Positions 58,666 to 64,000 of a DNA stretch of 64,000 bases are shown here, piece by piece (position 1 is the stretch's first letter; each line of letters begins with the position of its first letter). The notes under the pieces are model-generated. The model was not told the DNA's origin. It did no database searches and was given only the letters and a program-made list of their open reading frames with translations. Source of the DNA: Syncephalis fuscata S228. Lineage: Eukaryota; Fungi; Zoopagomycota. A program made the translations under genes and the position numbers. The DNA lies in NCBI GenBank assembly GCA_025786725.1, contig JAHLTZ010000011.1, positions 310,001 to 374,000 on the forward strand, given 5' to 3'.

Positions 58666-61519
58666 TCATCGTAGTGCGGCTGCATCAATAGGCGTAACAT
58701 CACATATGTCCCAAACGCGACACGACATTAGTGTACCTAAACAGACGTGCCATCGCTTTAAAAGTATTATATTAGTGACCTCGGATCCAGATGTGACCGG
58801 TAAAAGAACAGCCAACCCCACAGGCGTAATTCGATCGACCTTTTGCATTTTAAGTATACGTTGCGTCACCTGCATCACTCGTCCGAGTAAATGGAATCGA
58901 GCAGTGTCGATTTGTAAAAGCATACGGATGGTATTAATTTCCGATGCAGTCGGCTTCCAATCACCCTCGACGCGTACGGCTGATGGCATAAGATGGAGTA
59001 AAGCATCACGGATAGGATCGGTAATTAAGCCATAAGGGAACTGTTGGCATACATATTTTAAATGAGCGGCCACAAGACGTGGGTCAATCATTAGCCTAAT
59101 TGTTGTATCCAATGTTTTGTCTTCGTTCGACATTTGCGATTTGTCTTTTCCTTCTTCTGTAATATTACTGCTATCGGGCGTATTTTCCCTAGTTTTTGTT
59201 AGTTCACTTGCCATCGTTTCGCTGCTTTTATTGTTTTGATAACGAAGCAGAATGATTTGTGCTCGATAATTAACCAATCCCATAGCGTTAATCTTGCGTA
59301 GCTCTGTACGATCGGGACTTTCTCGTAGCCAATGACTGGCAATTGCTATATCTATTACATATTTAACATCATCATTACACTATTCGTTATTAACTCTACT
59401 AACCAGATGGCTCCATATCATCGTCTAATAAAAAGTTTACACAAATGTCTAATTCGTTCTCTATTTGAACGTTGGGTACTAAACGAATTTGTGGTAATTC
59501 GTATACAAGTCTTGCCATAAGATTGGCTGATAAAAATGCCAAATTACTTTCACTAAAAAATGTTAATAACAATGTGCAATCTACACAGAATGTATTACCG
59601 TTGAAGTGTGTGCATAATTTGTTGAAGTATTCGGATACGAGTACAGCTATTGTCTTCTGCCCTCAATTTTTGCTCTGATTCCAATTCTTGTAATGCAGGA
59701 TCTTCGTCGGTCGATACAGACTTTGCAACCGAAAGGTCATGTGATGAACGAGTTGGCGAATGCACTGGGCCAAATCCATACGCAGGCATGGTTCCATGGC
59801 AGCTCTGTCATTAACTATTCTTTTAATGTCTTGTAAATGTTTTGGTGCAGGAGCAGCGTTTAATGAGTTAAGCAGTAGACTAGCACTGGACGAACTTGCC
59901 ATGGGAAGTCTTGCTAAAGGATAAGCAGGTGGTACTATGTCCAGTGACTGTTTAAATTGTAATTGATGAGAACGATCACCAAGAACCGTGGATGTAATGG
60001 ATGGCGCAGTGGAGGAAGAGCACAGCGATATTGACGGAAATGCTGGCTTTGACTCGGATACAGGAGTAGCAACAGATGATGATGACGACGAATCAAACGA
60101 CTCTGGAGAAATGGAACTATTAAGGTTTTTTGAATAGTAGGTATTGGTACGCTAGTGCGACGATTTGACGTTTTTATATTTGGTTTAGATCGCATTACAT
60201 CCATACTATTGTTGCAATGATTATTGTCATTATGACGTCTTAGACTAATTAAATGAGAGTGAAAGGTGCTTCTTGTTACTGCATTATCGCTATTGCTTGA
60301 CAGCAAAGAATTGCCATAAATATCCTGAGTATGCATTGTTGACCATGGCCTATTTTCCATGGCACATGCCAACGTGTAGGCATTGTTATCTAATAGATCG
60401 CACATTGAGGGTAATGCTGCTATAATACGCAAATGTTCCAGCATTGCAGTGTTATACTAGAAAAATGGATTATAATTAATTAATTATTGCATATTAAACA
60501 AATGTTTACTTACTAAATTAAGTTCAGTAATTACAAAACCGTAAATAACGCAAAACTGCTGAAGTAGCCAGTCACATTCGTAGGTTTTAAGATACTTGGT
60601 GATTTAGCCATTGTTCTTAGGTAGTCCCATGCTACACCAGTCACCTGCTGGACGTATTGCATGGGCAGTAATTGTTTTTTGTTTGATCTAGCTCCCTACA
60701 TGGAATTATATGCATTAAAATATTTGTTTAACAATAAACGATATGCGAGTATTTCTTACATAGTCAAGACTAAGTTGGCTGCTTTTTTTACGGGCAGACC
60801 GATAATGTACATCTACACCAATCCATTTCATGTTGGTCGCCATACACAATGCATTGCGAGCCGTATCCGTTTTAAACAACTGCGCAACCAGCTGAAGTAA
60901 ATAAAATGACACTATAACATCATCAGCTGCGTATAATAGTTTATTAACAACTTACCGTACTCATAGTAATGTTTTGTGCGTGTGTCGTGTAGTTCATTTG
61001 TCAAGTCAAGGCTTAAAAACTGTAGTTGCTCCTTAATGAATACGACATTCAGGGGTAGCTGTAATTCCTATAATGATAAATAAATGTATCATAAATAATA
61101 TGATCTAATGATGGTTATTTGCATACTTTTATTTCACCACGCTGTTGATTACTTAAGCCACCATTATTGATCCAAGTACGAACAGCTTGCTGCATTTTTG
61201 CTGTGCGGTTAGCCACTAATAAAGCCATGCGCGTACTACGCTCTTTTAATAGCTGCAAAGCAAATCTTGGGCTATGAGTTGGGTTGGTTTTTAAAAAATT
61301 GTCTCCTGTGTTATGTATGGTATTTGCACGCTGGCGTACGCGTGCCTGAATTCCATTAGATTCCATTGAGACTTTTGCTGGTGCATCATAAGTAGGCAGA
61401 GATGGAAGCATGGCCTGGCCTGGCTTTTGGGCAGATGACTGTCTGTTTTTGGAAGCAGAGCTCATTGATCCAGTAGATAAGTATATATCTGAAATCACAA
61501 ATGGCTGAGCCGTCATCAA
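58666..61519 (-). CDS. Multi-exon protein with a divergent C-terminal RhoGAP-like domain
   Basis: VAAHLKYVCQQFPYGLIT...LLQIDTARFHLLGRVMQVTQRILKMQKVDRITPVGLAVLL resembles RhoGAP VAxLLKxYLRELPEPL...NKMTxxNLAIVF; exon structure only partly resolved. Confidence 0.5.
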
Positions 61520-63069
61520 ATATATATTTAGAACGTAGCAGCGTTAAAATAAAACAAGTAAAAATGCTAAATAGTCTGGCTGCTGTCTACTAATAAAATA
61601 AAATAATTGAAAGGATTGGTAGGCAGATAATAAATTAAATAAGTGTACGACAAAAATAAATACAGTGTATTAAATTAATCTTTTGTGATAACGAGCAACA
61701 AGGGACTATGAAGTAAACGCGATATGGCAAGATAATAGCCTAACCATTGTTTGGCAATCACTGTAAACGGATACATTTCTTTGTTGACAATTATACATGC
61801 CTACTGAGTGGTGTTGATAAGGTGTGTTACGTCCCTTGGTTGCTTGGCTTTAAATGCGGCTTGTATGGTAAATGTATCCTAGCGACATCCTATGTAAGCA
61901 TAAACATTGTACCAAAATACTGGTTCGATTATGTACTTTAACGCAAACTTATTTATAAATTGGTAGATTGTTGGTAGCAAAAAAACGAAAGTTTTAGTAA
62001 AAAAACACGTTTAATTATCCTGCAATTCATTTTTATTATATAAAATAAAATTGTTACAGGGCCAGTGATTGTTATTAAATAATACACGTTGTATCCATGG
62101 CCAAAAGAAACAACATTGCTTGTATAAAAATAGAATTTAAAAAGATAAACAAATCCAGCATAGTAGTTTCATAACAGCCAGTGCTATGACTGCTAGAAAT
62201 AGTAAACGTATTCCGATGTGCCACGCCATGACATTATTGTGTTGTTTTCCGTTAATATATATGGAATAAAAACGATCTACAAACTTGCAAATATTTTTTT
62301 ACTAAATTTTATTTTATTTTATAAATTGACGTGAAACAACGGTGTACTTGTAGCATAGGTCAGTTGCCTATTCCATCTAACTTTTGATACTGAGCTTACA
62401 CACTGAGTGACAACACATTAACATTCCGTTTTAAATAAATTATTAGCTGAATTACTTATATACATTAACTAATAACTACCAATGTTTACTATGTTATAGG
62501 GTGTTCTTGTATATAAATAGTAAAATTATTTGACACTGTTTATATTTATAGACAATTCATATGGCTCTATTAGATACTTTAATATAGTACTAGTAAGATA
62601 TTGTAACAAAAAGGCGTAGACCTTACACTACGCCCATTTTCTTCTCCTTGATCTGACAGATCTTATTCCTTAATGCCTTAACATCCAAGGTTCTTCCTAC
62701 GTCTTATCTCTTTTATTTTATTTTCTTCTCGTTTTCTTTTTTCTAAATATCAGACCTATGTGGCAGGCTAATATTTTAGATCATGCATCTATAAAAGAGC
62801 GCATATTATTGTTCACCTAATAAACATATGATATGTTGGTGTTATTTAATATTATAATACAACTTTATAGAAAAACGGTTTATTAACCATTGAATGTGAT
62901 TTAGCGGTCAAATGACAATGTGAATTAGCATCATTATATCTAGCAGCTGTGATCGCATAATAATAACAAATTAATACACAGCCATTGTGGCTAAAGCAGT
63001 GAATCTATCTATTTATTTTTTACTTATGGCCCTGTTTATCCACATTCGGTTTATACAACGGAGCATCTA

Positions 63070-63854
63070 ATGAGTATGCTCTAAGTGCAGGTAGCCGCTC
63101 CATCTTTGTTACGGTAGGCTCAACGGGCTTTGACGCGTTAGTGCGTACCGTCACGTCGGCGCCATTCCTGCACGCTGCAGTACGCGCTGGTTACCAACGG
63201 CTTACTGTACAGTATGGCCGCAGTAAACCAACATTCACAACAGCACTGTCTAGTAATAGTTCAAACAACGCGCTACACTATCATTACAACCCAGTTACTG
63301 ATGAAACACTAATCCAATGGGTAGAAAAAGAATATGATAGCAGTAATAAAACAGAGTATGAGTTGACAATTGTCATCTCAGATACGACTATCGACCATCT
63401 CTGGCTGGCGATTTACGAATGGCCGATCTAGTGATCAGCCATGCTGGTTAGTTCATGATGAATATTGCCATAGCAGCAGTGATGTTAGTTATTGAAAATA
63501 TGATTAACTGGATAACTAGGTTCAGGGTCTATTTTGGAAACATTACGCTGGAATAAGCCCCTTATTGTCGTAGCCAACACCGACTTGATGGATAATCATC
63601 AGGCGGAACTGGCAGTTGCTCTTCATAAAGAGGATTATTTGGTTGCAGCAGAATGCGAGTAAGTACTGCTGTGCATGGTTGTGTATTTTTGCCACACGTA
63701 TACTTGGTCTTACTCTATCTATAGTGAATTAATTACCGCACTAAATGAGCAACGACACATGGGACTTGTGCCATTTCCGGCCCAGGCTCCTGAGCGATTT
63801 AGCTCTATTCTTGAAGGTGTTATTCAGTTCCCTGAATCTAAAAAACAGCAATAA
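63070..63854 (+). CDS. ALG13: UDP-GlcNAc transferase catalytic subunit Alg13; start uncertain, frameshift near 63380
   Basis: [15 protein letters not shown]; LTVQYG; YDYRPSL...ADLVISHA|[32 protein letters not shown]. Confidence 0.9.
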
Positions 63855-64000
63855 AGCTAAATGTGTATAACATGTTTAAATTTGAATTAATAAATAGCAG
63901 AATTTAAAACGCGCTTGCATGTTGTATCGTTGTTTTGAATAATTAAAATTAAAATGCTTGAATTATTATTCAAACATATGCTCAATTTTAATATATTGCA

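Overview
AT-rich, intron-containing fungal genomic DNA. An early-diverging lineage such as the mycoparasite Syncephalis (Zoopagomycota) is plausible, but that is inferred from gene style only. Compact housekeeping genes (LTV1, SMC6, MRPL16, MDM35, SSZ1, HYPK-like, PPIL4/Rct1, NUF2, KDM3-type JmjC, uridine phosphorylase, TMEM42-like, NUP57, DCS1, ALG13) alternate with repeat-rich accessory islands. The main result is at 10989-13844 (- strand). What looks like an ~81-bp satellite is an array of 33 micro-exons (32 of 3 nt, one of 6 nt), each flanked by AG and GT. Joined to an upstream signal-peptide exon, they read without stops as MKLSIAAVCTIVVALVAATTIVDAKPALVRR-DVTPDCAACIAKCQKEQHFAYSICFNNCGPNICRI*. 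This is a predicted secreted, Kex2-processed 6-Cys peptide encoded at about one residue per exon; splicing is inferred, not observed. A decayed inverted paralogue lies at ~51600-53440. The window also has relics of Fanzor (eukaryotic TnpB-like) elements, one duplicated as an apparently identical 700-bp inverted copy around a subtilisin pseudogene, plus a secreted kinase-like gene and a MITE-like family. Single-base frameshifts in several conserved genes suggest assembly indel errors.
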